Assembly: GCA_047967505.1 (NCBI GenBank)
Contig: CM106538.1
Length of the DNA stretch: 64,000 nucleotides
From: Dipteris shenzhenensis
Lineage: Eukaryota
Reading direction: 5' to 3' (one strand)
In this document: positions 1-15,838 of the stretch, piece by piece
Numbering within the stretch: the first letter of the stretch is position 1
How the letters are laid out: each line of letters starts with the position of its first letter
The notes under the pieces: generated by a model
The model's input: the letters and a program-made list of their open reading frames with translations, nothing else
What the model was told of the DNA's origin: nothing
Databases searched by the model: none
Made by a program: the position numbers and the translations under genes

Positions 1-290
1 CTTTAGCATGGATAATCCCTAGTTACTTTAAATGGTGCATATCATGTTGGAATCATTGATTGGGGTATGGCACAAGACATTGAAAAAGAGCCTAGAAAGG
101 CTTTCAAAAAATTGAAGCACTTGCCAAGCAAGAATTTAGAGGATTGGCATTGATGGCGGATCTAGGAATGCGAGCATGAACATGCTTGAAAACATTGGTT
201 TGCACTGGAACTGCAAAATTTTTCAAGAAGAGGTAGATATAGTTCAAGACACTTTTGCCCTTGGTTGGATTATTAGTGAAATGATCCACT
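1..290 (+). pseudogene. Degenerate protein-kinase fragment (catalytic loop to subdomain IX)
   Basis: Across frames: FSMDN..LVTLNGAYHVGIIDWGMA (catalytic loop plus DFG-equivalent DWG), HWFALEL (APE-like) and DTFALGWII (subdomain IX). Contains stops and frameshifts and abuts a truncated copia gag at about 292. Confidence 0.45.
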
Positions 291-291
291 T

Positions 292-3200
292 CTTTCATTA
301 CCATCCTCATGGGATACTTTTCGTACTGCTATCAGGAACTCTACACCTGGTAGAGCATTGAACTTTGATGATGTGGTTGGTAGCTTGTTGGCTGAGGAGA
401 TTAGACAGAAGTCAATGGAAGGCAACAAGCAGGATGCAACCTTAAATGTGCAAAGGGGCAGATCACAGTCGAGGGGGAAGTTTCAAGAAAGAGGAAAGTC
501 CCATAGCAAGTCTAGGGCACAGAAGATTAAGTGTCACCATTGTGGCAAGAAGGGCCACATGAAAAAGGATTGCTACAAGCTTAAAAGAGAGCAAAAGGAT
601 AAGAAAAAGAATGCAAATTGGGGTGCAAATCAAAAGGAAGAGAGTCCAAGGGAGGACAAAGGAAAAGTGAAGATCGAGGAGATCAATGCAGTCACACATG
701 ATAGTGACAATGACATTCTCTTCATGTCTAGTTTATCTACAAAGTTGCTTACCACTTCAGATGATGCATATTCCCAAGATTGGATTTTGGATTTTGGTGC
801 TTCATTCCATGTTACTCCCCATAGGGAATGGTTCTCCACTTATGATAGTGGAAAGACAGGTTGTGTGCATCTTGGAAATGACTATCCATGTGACAATGGG
901 AGTAGGTGACATAAAGCTTTCTTTTGCAAATGGGTTTGCATTTATTTTGAAAAATGTGAGACATGTGCCTAAGCTGACCAAGAGTCTCATTTCAACGTGT
1001 CAGCTAGATGAATCTAGTTTTCAGACCATCTTTGGTTCTGAGAGTTGGAAAATTGAGAAGGGCTCTATGCTTTTGGCCAAGGGTGCCAAGTGTGGGACTT
1101 TGTATCCCTTACATGTATCAGGGGTGTTTGATCATGTTGTTGCAATAACCGAGCAGCCAAGCACTTCTTTATGGCATTGCCAATTGGGCCATATGAGCCA
1201 AAATGGGATAAAGAGTTTGAAAAGCTTGATTTTGTGCATTCAAACATATGTGGTCCCATGGCTACATGGTCATTAAGCGGCACTAAATACTATGTGACAT
1301 TCAGTGATGATGCAACTAGGAAAGTGTGGGCTTATGCTACAACTCATAAGATTGATGTGTTTCAGGTATTTCAAAAATGGCTGGCCTTGGTTAAGAATCA
1401 GTCAGGTAGAATGCTTAAATGCCTATGGACTGACAATGGTGGAGAGTATCTCTCTCATGACTTTCAACATTTCTGTGATACACATGGGATTAAGAGGGAG
1501 CTCACATCCTCTCATACTCCAGAGCAAAATCCAGTTGCAAAAAAGATGAACCGTACCATTCAAGAAAGGTTGCAATGTATGCTTTCCAATGCAAGTCTTT
1601 CTGGTGGTTTTTGGGCTGAGGCAATGAAGACTGTAGTGCATGTGATCAATAGATCACCTAGTAAGAGTTTGGATGGTGGTATTCCTAAAAAGGCAAGGAG
1701 TGGCAAGAAGCCCTCTTACTCTCATTTGTGTATATTTGGGTGTGAGGCATATGCACATGTGCCAAAAGAGCTTTGAAAGAAGCTAGATCCTAAGTCTAGG
1801 AAATGCATTTTTTGGGTTATGGTGAAAGTGGAGGGATGGGCTATCGTCTCTGGGATCCAGAAGCAAAGAAGATCATACGCAGCCATGATGTAGCCTTCAA
1901 TGAGAAGAAGATGCATAAGGCACCCATGAGGGATATGGAAATGAGGAGAATCACTTTCCATGACGTCAATCCACCTGCATATGTTGCTAGACAGCAAGCC
2001 ATCCATGCACCAAATGTGCAAGAAATGGTACCACCAAGTACTCCCACATGTATACAATCAAGGGTAGATGATGGATCATCTATTGGTGGAAATGATGAGC
2101 CAAATGCATCTGATATGCAAGTGAGACAGCAAGCTAAAATGCCCTTGAGAAGATCATCTAGAGTGTCTAGACTGCCTGATATTGTTCTAGGGGTAGACTA
2201 TGTGATGCTTACTGATTGCAAGGAGCCTTCTTGCTACAAAAAGGCTATGATGCGCAAGGATCAACGCAAGTGGGAGTATGCCATGCAATCAAAGATGAGT
2301 TCACTTATGAAGAATAAGACTTGGGACTTGGTTTCTTTGCCACATGGAAAGAAAGCATTGCCATGTAAATGAGTCTATAAGATGAAGGTCACAAGTGATG
2401 ATGTGCCTAGGTACAAGGCTCGTTTGGTCGCTAAAGGGTTCAAGCAAGAGAAGGGTGTGGACTTTAATGAGATATTCTCTTTGGTTGTGAAGATGACCAC
2501 ACTTAGATGCATGCTTGGACTAGTGGCAGCAGAGGATATGGAGCTTATGCAAATGGATGTCAAGATAGCTTTCTTGCATGGGGATCTGCATAAGGAAATT
2601 TACATGGTGCAGCCAGAAGGCTTTGAAGAAAAGGGCCAAGAGCATTTAGTTTGCAAGCTGAAGAAGAGTCTTTATGGTCTTAAGCAAGCGCCTAGAGAAT
2701 GGTATCAGAATTTTGATTCTTTCATTCGGTCCTAGGGTTTTAGAAGGAGTGAAATTGATCACTGCCTTTGCACTAAAAGGGCTAAATATAATAGCCTGAT
2801 ACTCCTGGCACTATATGTGGATGATATGCTATTGGCTAGCAAGAATACTTATGAGCTAGATGCATTAAAGGCCAAGTTGCATGAGGCCTTTGATATGAAG
2901 GATTTAGGACTTGCAGATCATATTCTTGGTATGCGCATCACTCGTGATCGGAGTAGGAAACTCATTTGGCTTTCACACAAGAGTATGTTACAAAAGTATT
3001 GCGGTGTTTCAATATGGAGGGGGGGAAAGCAATGAGTACTCCATAACCTCCATATGTGAAACTGAGTCATACAGATAGTAGCCTCAAATCAGATGAGGAG
3101 AGGGCCATGATGGCCAAGGTTCCTTATGCATCAACGGTTGGGAGTCTTATGTATGCTATGATAGCTACTAGACTAGACATTGCATTTGCAGTGGGAGTTG

Positions 3201-3760
3201 TTAGTCGATATATTGCTAATCTAGAAAAGAGGCATTGGGAGGCGGTTAAGTGGATCATGAGGTACATGAAGGGTACCAAGGAGATGTGCATCTGCTTTGG
3301 TAGAGGAGACATGTGTGTACTTGGGTACATAGATTCAGACTATGCAGGGCATGTGGATAGTAGGAGATCCACTTCTAGTTATGTGTTCACCTTTGCAGCT
3401 GGTGTGGTGTCGTGGATGTCTCGCACACAAAAGTGCATTGCTTTGTCTACCAAAGAGGCTGAGTATGTTGCAGCCATAGAGGGTTGCAAGGAGGCTATAT
3501 GGCTTGATTGGCTAGTGGGAGATTTGGGGATTCATACAAGTGTACCGACATTGCATAGTGATTCCATGAGTGCTATTCAGCTAGCACGGAATCTAGGCTT
3601 TCATGCAAAGACCAAACACGTTGAGGTCAGGTACCATTTCATCAGGGAGGTGTCAAGGTTCATACAGATGATAACCCTGCAGATATGCTGACGAACAGTC
3701 TACCTAGTCAGCAATTTGAGTATTGTCATGTATTGATGGGCATTGGATAGTATGCTCACT
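292..3760 (+). mobile_element. Ty1/copia (Tnt1-like) gag-pol, 5'-truncated and degenerate
   Basis: Gag LPSSWDTF..NFDDVVGSLLAEE and CCHC knuckle CHHCGKKGHMKKDC; protease WILDFGASFH; GAG-pre-integrase LWHCQLGHMS; integrase TDNGGEY..TPEQN; RT YKARLVAKGF, QMDVKIAFLHG, YVDDML; RNase H YIDSDYAG, KTKHVEVRYHF. Many frameshifts and stops. Confidence 0.95.
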
Positions 3761-3792
3761 AGTTGTTCCCCCTCAAAGGCACATTTTCCTTT

Positions 3793-4010
3793 AAGTGGGA
3801 GGTTGTGAGCATTAAAGGTCACTGTGCCTTTACCCCGGTTATGTACGATACTCAAACACATATATATAAATGAATGAAAAAGAAGATTAGGGTGTCCTGC
3901 ACCCACCAAAACTTGTGTGGCTCTCTATTTCTCTCTCTCCCTCTTCTGTTCTGCTTCCGTTGAGAGCACTCTCAGTAAATTTCTTTTTATAACTTGGATT
4001 GTATGACTTT
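3793..4010 (+). mobile_element. Polypurine tract and start of the 3' LTR of the copia element
   Basis: AAGTGGGAGG at 3793-3802, TGT at 3804 and TATATAAAT near 3862. The LTR end is not defined, so the end coordinate is approximate. Confidence 0.55.
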
Positions 4011-5249
4011 ATTGAAATTGCTTTTTTGATTATTGAAGATAGTAAATTTAAAGGGATAGATCAATTTTTTGTGCAAGGGCTACCGGAACAATCGCCAATT
4101 CTGTTAATGAAAAGAGGGTTGCAGTGACAATCTTTCCCTTGTTAGGGAGAGGGAAATTCAAGCAAGAAGGAGAGAAATAATAAAATTGATCTAGCAAGTG
4201 TTCTAGGCATGTCTTTTGTAAAAACTATAGTCCCATTCAAGGGGAAGACATCAAAAGAGACGCAAATGTGGAATAAAGAGCTCGATTAGCTACCATTTTG
4301 GAGACCCACAAAGATTTTTTATAAGACGAGCTAGCAGAATTTTAGAAGATTTTAGAGAAATAGAAAGTAACCATATTTGGAAATTCGTATGTCCATGCCA
4401 AGGATTTAATTGTAGACAAAAAGCTTTAGATTCCCATCAATAGGAGGTTTGATAGCTTTCTGGAAAAATACAAAGCAGTTTGTAATATTCATAGTGAAGA
4501 GTTTTTGATGACTTCTAGTATTTTGGTATGGTGAATCACCCAAAGTAAGGTTTTGTGGTCCTTTGTCTTTACCAGTCATTAAGAAGAAACTATATTGAAG
4601 CATCTAGATCAAATAAATGAAATCAATATTTGAAAAATGAAAGCTTATGCTTACTTCAAATGTGCTTCTCTGATTGTACACTAAAATCCTTTGATTTTTC
4701 TTTTGTGATTAATGTATCAAGTGCCCTATTCATAAGTGTAATGGTCACTCTTGCAATCTTTTTCTCTTTAACAATTTCACTTTATGACAAATATAAGCCA
4801 TCCCTGACACTCTTCAAATGTGATTTCGTAGAATTGAACCATTCTTTTTTGTAATTGTTCAAGATCAACAAAAATATTATTCCAAGGATTATACATAGTG
4901 GTCCCCTTACTACCTTGAAATACATCCTCAATATGCAACCACTGACCAATAAAATCATCTACTTATTCATTGAGTGAAGCTCTTAAATTCCAAACTTTTG
5001 TAAGATTTAGAAGAAGCACACGTTTGATCCTTTGATCTTTAAAAGTTGATGACACTACTCTGAAAATAGAAGAGTAGCCTTTCTTGCTAACTCCACTCTC
5101 GTCGAGAGCCTCCTAAATTAAGTTTACACAACTTTATCCCTTTCCATGAATTGTTGCACAACATTGCATTTGATGGTTTTAAACTTCTTTTCCTCAATCA
5201 TCCCTTTTGCAATAGTCTTTAGAAATAGACCTTTCATTTGTTTTATGAG

Positions 5250-5960
5250 AAGAGCATTCATATCAACATTTTCCTTTTGGGGCTCCAAAACTTTCCTATA
5301 AGTCGGATGCATAAATAAGAGTTAAGATAGGAAGATTTACGTAGCCACATTGTAAAGCTGCGGTCATTATAAGAGCACCTCTTACACAAGGCTAAAGAAA
5401 ATGATGAATTGCAACAAGAGCTCATGAAAAGGCCATTTTTATCCACCTCTCTCTTTTCAGATAGTATAGTTTCATAGAAAGTACAAAAGCATCAATTTTG
5501 AGGAGCTTCTAGTTTTGTGAGGTACTACTCATCAATAGGGATGGGTGGATAAGTTTAGCTTGGATTTGGAGTTTAGGGGATCAAAAATGAAGACTTATTA
5601 ATATTTCATCTAAACATCTTCCATTAATGCCACTAGAGGAGATACTAGAAAACAAATTTGAACTATCATTGTACAAGAAATTAGAGAATGATAATATTTG
5701 TACAATGAAACAAATGGTCACATAATAATAATATTGGTGTCTATTAGAGAATGTCATAAAGAAATTTATCTTTTGTGGGTGTCGTGGATGATATTTCATG
5801 TTGATGTGCATTTGGATGTTGCACTCATGAAACAATAATTTAAGAAAGAGAAGATTCTCCACCTTAACAAGTTTTTTACATGTCTTAACACACATGTGGC
5901 TTTGTTGGTCACTGACTTGACACACATGTGATTGCACCGATCACCTTTATATAGGCACAA
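5250..5960 (-). mobile_element. Possible highly decayed hAT-like transposase remnant
   Basis: Minus strand reads RCNHMC..KATCVLRHVKN (BED zinc-finger-like), followed by weak KREVDK..GY motifs. Heavily frameshifted. Confidence 0.2.
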
Positions 5961-6851
5961 CAATTTCCAAGTAATAATGAGTGACCTTCAATCAATGAAA
6001 GTTAATATGGTCCTTGAGAGATCCCCATTAGGGTCCAAGACATATTGACAAGCCATATATGTCCCAGTGGCATCATTCACCCACAAAACCACTTTGGTGA
6101 TAGGTGATTCCATGTAAACCATTGCAATGGATGGAATCAAACTTCAATTACACTTTCATGCATGAATTCAAATAATCATGAGTTGCCTTTAATTGGTATT
6201 TTTTAACTAAGATGTTCTGCCAAATTCGTGTCGAATTAATCACATGCCAGACCGTTCACATGTCTAATAAATCTTGAGTATCCTTCAATCAATCAATCAA
6301 TCATGCATCCAATGCTAGTGAGGTGGCTTCATTCATAATATACAAACCACCAAAATAAGTCTTCATTTTTGGTAAAATGGCTCGTACAAATACGAGGTGA
6401 ATACTAGTTCATTTGTATGAATACTAGTTTGTTCATACAAATAAAATAGCATAAAACGTCTAGTTCATTTTAAATAGAGAAAAACATTATTTTACTAAAT
6501 TTTTCAAATTAAAAAAATCGAACGAATTAATGCAACTTAGCCACAATGCCAGGTGTCGCATTCTGAGTTCTAGTTCCATCTCTTATCCTATCTCAAATAG
6601 CATATGATATGTTTTGTACTTGATTTTCCTTGAGCTATTGAGCTCTTTTTTTCTTTATTTCAGTATAATACTCAACAAGGGTCTTAGTGCGCCCTTTGCT
6701 CTAGCCCTCAGTGGCCTATATGAGTTTCTTTCCCTTTTAGTTACTTTGCACTTTGTCCCATAGGCTCACGAGGCCTCCCGCAGATAATATCTCTCTTTAT
6801 ATATATTTATTTATTTATTTATATATACGTACTTACATATTTTCCTCCCCC

Positions 6852-9480
<2,629 letters not shown>

Positions 9481-9534
9481 CCCCACACCCTCGGTGTAAG
9501 CATGGGCTCGAAAAAATGTAGTTCAAAAACGTTC

Positions 9535-9805
9535 CCATGGAGAGGTTGACAAATACAAGGTGAGGTTGGTAGCCAAGGGATATGCCCAAGAATATAGTAA
9601 ATATTATGAGGAGACCTTTGCACCAGTTGCAAGATGACTATCGTTAGGACAACCATGGCTCTTGCAGCTCACTTTGATTGGCCCATCCACCAGATGGATG
9701 TGAAGAATGCCTTCCTTAATGGTTTTTTGGATGAGGAAATCTACATGATGTAGCCTCCAGGATATGCTATTAGCGGGATGTAACAAAAGATTTGCAAGTT
9801 GTCGA
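9535..9805 (+). mobile_element. Ty1/copia reverse-transcriptase fragment
   Basis: KYK..LVAKGYAQEY..YYEETFAPVARM and WPIHQMDVKNAFLNGFLDEEIYM motifs, interrupted by stops. Confidence 0.85.
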
Positions 9806-11869
9806 CTTGATACATTGTCCAACATAAGAACAGATTTCAAATACCTTCACCAAACCACTTTCCCTTGATAAGTTTGCACACTTTTGACATCAGCTTGGTC
9901 TTCACCAATTGCAACATAAGAGGGGGAAGTGAGGGTTAAGTTGTACATCTTTGTACATACTTTTTTTGCTGTGCTCTTTTTGCACTCTTGTGCATCTTTT
10001 TTAATCTTTATTTTTTTTGCTATCATGCAACATTCAAAAAAATCCAAACATTGTTTTGTAAAGCACCCTCTTCTTATGTAGTGTAATTAAAGAGGCGGTG
10101 TTGAGAATGGTGTATAGATTGAACCATAAGGTTTATGGGAAAAACCCCATCCGCAACCCTAATGGGTCCATGTATACATTCCTAATATGTGGATGCCATG
10201 TTCTGTGCTACCATGTTCCATGCTATGGTCATCTTATGGACTTGTGCTTTGGCATGCTTATGACATCGATGTGTGCATTCATGCTTTGATTTGTCTTTTT
10301 TTTCAAAGGTCTTACCAATTGATTTCTTTCAATATTGGCAATGTCTAATTGCATATGGTGGTTCTAACTTAACAGGCGCATAGAGCTCAAAAAGGCAATC
10401 GCTTTTTGTTTTTGGAGCGTGTGCAAATTCTTCCTGGATTGGAAGTTACGGCTTGTCAAAGTTTTGATCAAAAAAGGGGCCTTTGATGATGTGGCTTGGC
10501 TATTCATATGCTGCTTGTTGCAGGACTGTGCTTGGCAACAAGGGGTTACTATGCTGAGGTGGCACTATGCCACTTGGCAATCTTCTGACCCAACTAGGTT
10601 AACCCAAGGTTACATTATTTTTACCATGGTCCAATTGAACCTAACCATAACTTAACCAAGGTTCAAATTAACCACACCCACACCCATCCTTATCTGCCAT
10701 GTGTCCTATCAAGGGATTGCCATGTGGCCTAAGGTTCAACCTTAGAGCTGTCTAGCTATGGTGAGAAGGAAGAAAGAAAAAAACTGAGGCTTCAGAGACG
10801 ATGATGATGATGCAACCTACGCGACATGACTGGTTGGAGAATGTTTCACGATGGAGGCGTCCGGCTATTTGGTGTAGCCCGTGGCCCATGTGTGCACCAT
10901 GAGCTATAGTGTGGATAGGACAGTCAGCACGTCCTGCTTTGGTCGTCCCCCATTGGGTGCCTATCAGAGTTGGGGAGCTAGTACCTCAAGCTACCACTAC
11001 TGGGGCCGGAGACCCTTCTCTTCAGGTAGGAGACATTTTGTCCTAGTTCCATGTGTAGATGAGACTTCCCCTGCCCTTTCACGTGTTCATGTGCACAAGC
11101 ACTCACCTACGGAGAACCTCTCTCCAAAGACCCTTGCCTTACTTGGAGAACAATGCCAAAGTCATGGCTGAGGTCATGTAGATTCATGCTGAGGTCATGC
11201 AGCAGCACCCCCTTCTTCTCTTGCACTTTTGTCTACACCTAACAAAGGTAAGGGGGTTATTGGTTCCACTCCTCCTTCCACAAGGCTCCTTCCCACTCTA
11301 TGCCAGAGGTACTTTGCAAGAATTCATTCTCAGTTCTGGCAGACTTGGCTGTGAGGCAGAGGAGGAGTTTGTACCCTTTACGCTCAAGGAGCACATCTTT
11401 CAAACATCCGTGGACAGAGTTTCCCCCTAAGCAGGTGTAGGTGTGCTTTCGCCAGTTGACTTCCCTCCTCTTAATAGGAGGAACTTTTTGCAGGAGAGGG
11501 CTTTCTTTGCTACCAGGTCTGGTAGGATCTTCCATCCAGCCTCCTCCTCTCGCAAATGAGGATTGTCAGCTGGAACGTTTAGGGCCTTGGGGGTGTACCT
11601 CGCATCACCACCCAAAAGTTTAGCCCAAAAATGACCTAAGATGGTGGTGCTGGACATTGACAATGATGAGGAAATGCATCAAGCATGCAAACAAGAGATA
11701 CCCCAAGCCCAAGAGGACCTTGAGGTAGGAGAAATATAGACAAAGCAATTGACTATCCAGAATGTAGATCATGGTAACTCTAATATACAAGATCAAGAGG
11801 TAGCAACCCAAGAAAATACAATAAAAATTGTATGGGCAAGAGTCTCCATGTATACCATTTTAGAAGGTG

Positions 11870-12350
11870 CGTGCATTTTTAAAGGTGCATGCACATTCTT
11901 GAAGTCCAAGGGACAGGTGAATTTCTTGAGGGGTTGTAAGATCTCATGCCTACACCAAATATGATAGAATATGTCACTCAATTTATAACATCGTATCAAA
12001 GCAAAGAATGCCAAGAGGATAAATATGGCATATTGACTCAAAATCAAAAGCCTATTCATAGCTATCTCAGTAGTTTGATAGTGTGGAAAGCCTTTGAATT
12101 TCCAAATCTAGAGGAAAATCATACTTTGAGACTTCTAAATACAAGGTTATCTCAAGTCCAAAATTATTTCACAAAGCCAAAAAAATTGGGTATGTGATAG
12201 GATACGATTCTAGACCCACCAGAATGTAATGAAGCATCTAGGTTTATGGCAGAGATATTGAGCCACAAGGGAGTATGAAAGCAATTCATACCTATTTGGC
12301 ACTCCTTAGTAAGAAAAGATATGGAATTGGGCTAGTCATGTATCCATGTT
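11870..12350 (+). mobile_element. Remnant of a retrotransposon accessory ORF (plant transposon protein-like)
   Basis: IEYVTQFITSY..KAFEFPNL pattern resembles gypsy extra-ORF proteins; fragmented. Confidence 0.3.
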
Positions 12351-12666
12351 TCTAGGAAAACACAGGGATAGCATCCATAATGGCAAGAGCTACATCTCCC
12401 ATCTTCTTGCCACCATCATTGGCATATGTGATCCACCAATACAAAACCTCTATAGTAGTCTACAAGGTATAAATGAATTTGATACTCTACGACTACCTCC
12501 TATATGGGAATCAAAATCCCAACTAGCTCTCAATGAGAATGAATTGGAAGTCAATTGATTAGAGCATGTTACAAACTACTACGATTGACAATGAGGAGCT
12601 CTAGAAAAAATGATGCAAGTCAATTTAGAATTGCTACTGCAAGAGCCACTACAAATTGATAGTAAT

Positions 12667-13027
12667 GAGTAGAAATAGAAGGCAACCACATCTCACATAG
12701 AATTAGCTTGTGGACCAAACAATGCATCTAGACAAAGCAGCACAAGTCAATAATGTCACCGCCCTTACTATTTGATTGACAAAACTGCACACCAAATCTA
12801 GTGAAAATCGAGGCATGACTCTAACTTGCATGCTTTTGGCTCCCTCCCTGTGTGCCTCCCCTGTGCTATTTCTTGCTACCACAAGAGCCGGCTTAGAATT
12901 ACAACCACAAGGGCCACCATAGATTGATTCTAGTGAGTAGAAACAAGAGGCAACCACATCCTACATAGAATTAGCTCTGTGGACCAAACAATGCATCTAG
13001 ACAAGGAACACAAGTCAACAATTTCAC
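12667..13027. repeat. Imperfect ~95-bp direct repeat (12667-12760 and 12933-13027)
   Basis: GAGTAGAAA..GGCAACCACATC..CATAGAATTAGC..TGTGGACCAAACAATGCATCTAGACAA is present twice. Confidence 0.85.
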
Positions 13028-14466
13028 TAACCTTGCTCTTCCATTGGCACAATTGCAATAGAGGATGTTAGGTTGGAGAGGGGCAGTGAGATCGATGTGG
13101 AAGATGAGATTTTGTGTGTGGAGTGCATCGAAATGCATCTAAAGTGTTTAGGGAATTGTGCATGAGGTTAATGTGTACGTGGCAAGTTGTGCATAGACCT
13201 CCCTATATATTGTGAACTCATGCTTCTCCCTGTCTTCCAGTGTGGACTCCTCTAGCCATCCAGGGGTGCAAAGCTACTCATTTTTTGCTTGTAGTGCGAC
13301 AGTGAGGGATCGCTCTTGAGTGAGGAGGTCTTGAAGTGCTTGGATTTATTGGACGGATAGACCTTTCCTTGGCATGTGTCCATTGCTCTTTCACAATTCT
13401 GAGGCTTGATTCCACCTTGTCTCGCTGGTCCATCAAGGTCTAAACAGAGAGCTCATCCTTGAGCTTTGTAACAATAACCTCCAGGTCTTTCGACCATGAT
13501 CCTATACTCCTCTGCTTTGTTGAGGGAGATTCGCCTACTAGTTTGTGCAGTGACCATGAGGGTGTGGCTATCATGAGCCCTAACTTATGCTTGTAGTAGA
13601 GAGGAGGGCAGTTGGGAGGTATGCTCTTGCCTCCACTTCAAAATTGTGAGCAGTACCTGAGAGAGTTGGGCCATTGCAGCCAGTAGTAGTTGGAGCTCCA
13701 TGTTGTCCGCCTTTGATAGCTGTTCGGCCGACATTTGCCATATCCCATGTGTTCAGTACTTAGGTGCATTGCAAAACTGTAGGGCTTCTATAAGCTTTGC
13801 CCATGGAGAAGAGAAAGAGCCTATGACAAAAGAAGCTAGATCTTGGGGCTATACTGTGGTGGTGGCTGTCGTCTGGTAAACAGAGGGGGTGGGGGGATAC
13901 TTGCTATGCTGAGGTAGAGGCCAATATTCATTATATCTTTGCCTAGAAACATTTCCCACATCAATGGGGCCTTGGATTTTCACCTTGCCTTTAGATTGAT
14001 GGTTTGTGGCCTCAAGGTGTCTGTCTCTCCAAGTATTCCTGCAATTAATGGTCCTCATATTGCTCCCTCAGTTGGCTATCGAGTTGTGGCTATTGGGTAG
14101 GGCGGCTTGGTGGGGTCCCACTTGGATCAATTCTCAGCAATTTGGGATTGGCCACCATTGTCTCTTCTTCTGTTGGAACATTTCCTGTGGCTTCTTTGTT
14201 GGCAATCCCATATCCGATTGGTGGCTAATGCTCCAACATGTGGTACAGTATGGGCATATAAATCACTGGGTTGCCTAGGAGATTGCCATATATCTTTAGG
14301 TCCTCCCTCATCTGAGTATAGAAATAATATGCCCAGCTGGTGATCTATAGCTTTGCTAGCCTCAGAAGGATGTTTAGCACTATAGATTGATGGTGGTCCA
14401 TGTGATTGACTTGGGTCAATAGCTGAAGTACTCTTGCAAATTTATCGAGTACAGCCACAGTGAACT

Positions 14467-14916
14467 CTAAGAAGTCGATGCGGCCCTTGCTTCTCTTCCT
14501 ATCGTAGTTGTTGATCTTGTCAAGGGGCTCATGCAAATTCTTCTAGTGTGAATACTTTTCTGCATAACTACTGGTAGTAGGCCAAAGGCCGAGCGTACTA
14601 CATCCACATTGAGGTGGTGGAAGTGGGGGCTCCCTATTGCATTGCAAAGGATGCCAGCCTGTGAATTTGAGTTGTAATTGCCAATGAACTCCTCGACTAG
14701 CTTCATGTTAAGGTAACATGGCAATCGGTCTGCAACAACGGGCTTGAGACCTATCATCACCAAGGAGGCTTGCACCTTTGGATCCTTAAGCGCTTGGTAT
14801 GTGGCCATGGTACAATAATAGAGGGTGTAATCTTGACACTCATAGACGTTTTTGGAGTGGATCGTGCAGCCATTGAGTTGTTGAAGCCAGGCTTCTCGGA
14901 GCAGAGAGTGTGCCAA
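14467..14916 (-). mobile_element. Remnant of a retrotransposon accessory ORF
   Basis: 149-aa ORF with LNMKLVEEFIGNY..VVRSAFGL, the same pattern as the ORF near 11.9-12.3 kb. Confidence 0.3.
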
Positions 14917-15260
14917 TGACGTTACAACTTAGAACTCCCCCTATGTTGGTGCTAGCGTGCGCTTCTTGGACCATTGAGAAGGAGGGGTGGCGGCCACTGC
15001 TGATGGCTCCTGAGAGGTCTGTTGCATTGTGATCTCCTCCCCGGTTTAAAGTTCAATTGTAGGGATGATGGATGGCATCCTGATTGACCTTGAGGGTGTG
15101 CTTTGGGATTCAAATGGGTAGGTGGGCAGGGGATCTATAGGTGCTGGATTTGGGCCCCAGATCATTGCCTTAGCAAAAATAGTCAGACTCTAGCAAATTT
15201 TCCACCAAAATTTCCATAACTCCTTGCCTCTTTCCCTCTTATCCCCTAGCCACAATTTGA

Positions 15261-15556
15261 ATGTCCTCTGCCTTCGTCCTCCTCCAAGACTCATTTGTTA
15301 CCCACCTGTCCACCTTCTTTCCAATGGATCTTGAAAACAAATTCTTCGAATTCAAAAGGGAAGATAAGGGGTCCTTTTATAGTTTGCATATGGATGCAAG
15401 AGATACAGTAGATGTGTACAACCAAAAGTTTTGGGATGCTTATTTGCAGGTTGCACCTTTCAAAAAGATCTCCAAAGGAACCCAAATGAGAAAGTATAGA
15501 GCAGCAGGTCTCAGTCCAAGAATTCAGGCAGTAGTGAATGCTTCCCAACGGCCAAT
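15261..15556 (+). mobile_element. Gypsy retrotransposon gag (capsid) fragment
   Basis: F..HLSTFFP..TVDVYNQKFWDA..MRKY..GLSPRIQAVV matches the Retrotrans_gag pattern. Confidence 0.6.
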
Positions 15557-15838
15557 GGAATGGCTATATGGTGATGATCCAGTGAGATGGTTGTATGAGG
15601 ACGATCTGGTGGGATGGCTATATGGTAATGATCCGACGGGATGGCTGTATGGCGATGATCCAACGAGATGGCTATATTGCAATGATCCAGCAGGATGGCT
15701 GTATGGCGACGATCCGATAAGACGGTTGTATGGTGACGATTTGGTGGGATGGCTATATAACAATGACTAGACAAGATGGCTGTATGGTAATGATCCGACG
15801 GGATGGTTGTATAGTAACAATCTGACGGGATGGCTATT
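15557..15838 (+). repeat. 27-bp minisatellite, about 10 copies, in frame with the gag fragment (WLYGDDPxG)n
   Basis: Consensus GGGATGGCTRTATGGYGATGATCCGAC repeated head to tail. Confidence 0.92.

Noticed and set aside
15557-15838. CRISPR-like array
   Set aside because: Units are head-to-tail with no unique spacers, there are no cas genes, and the context is eukaryotic; it is a minisatellite.
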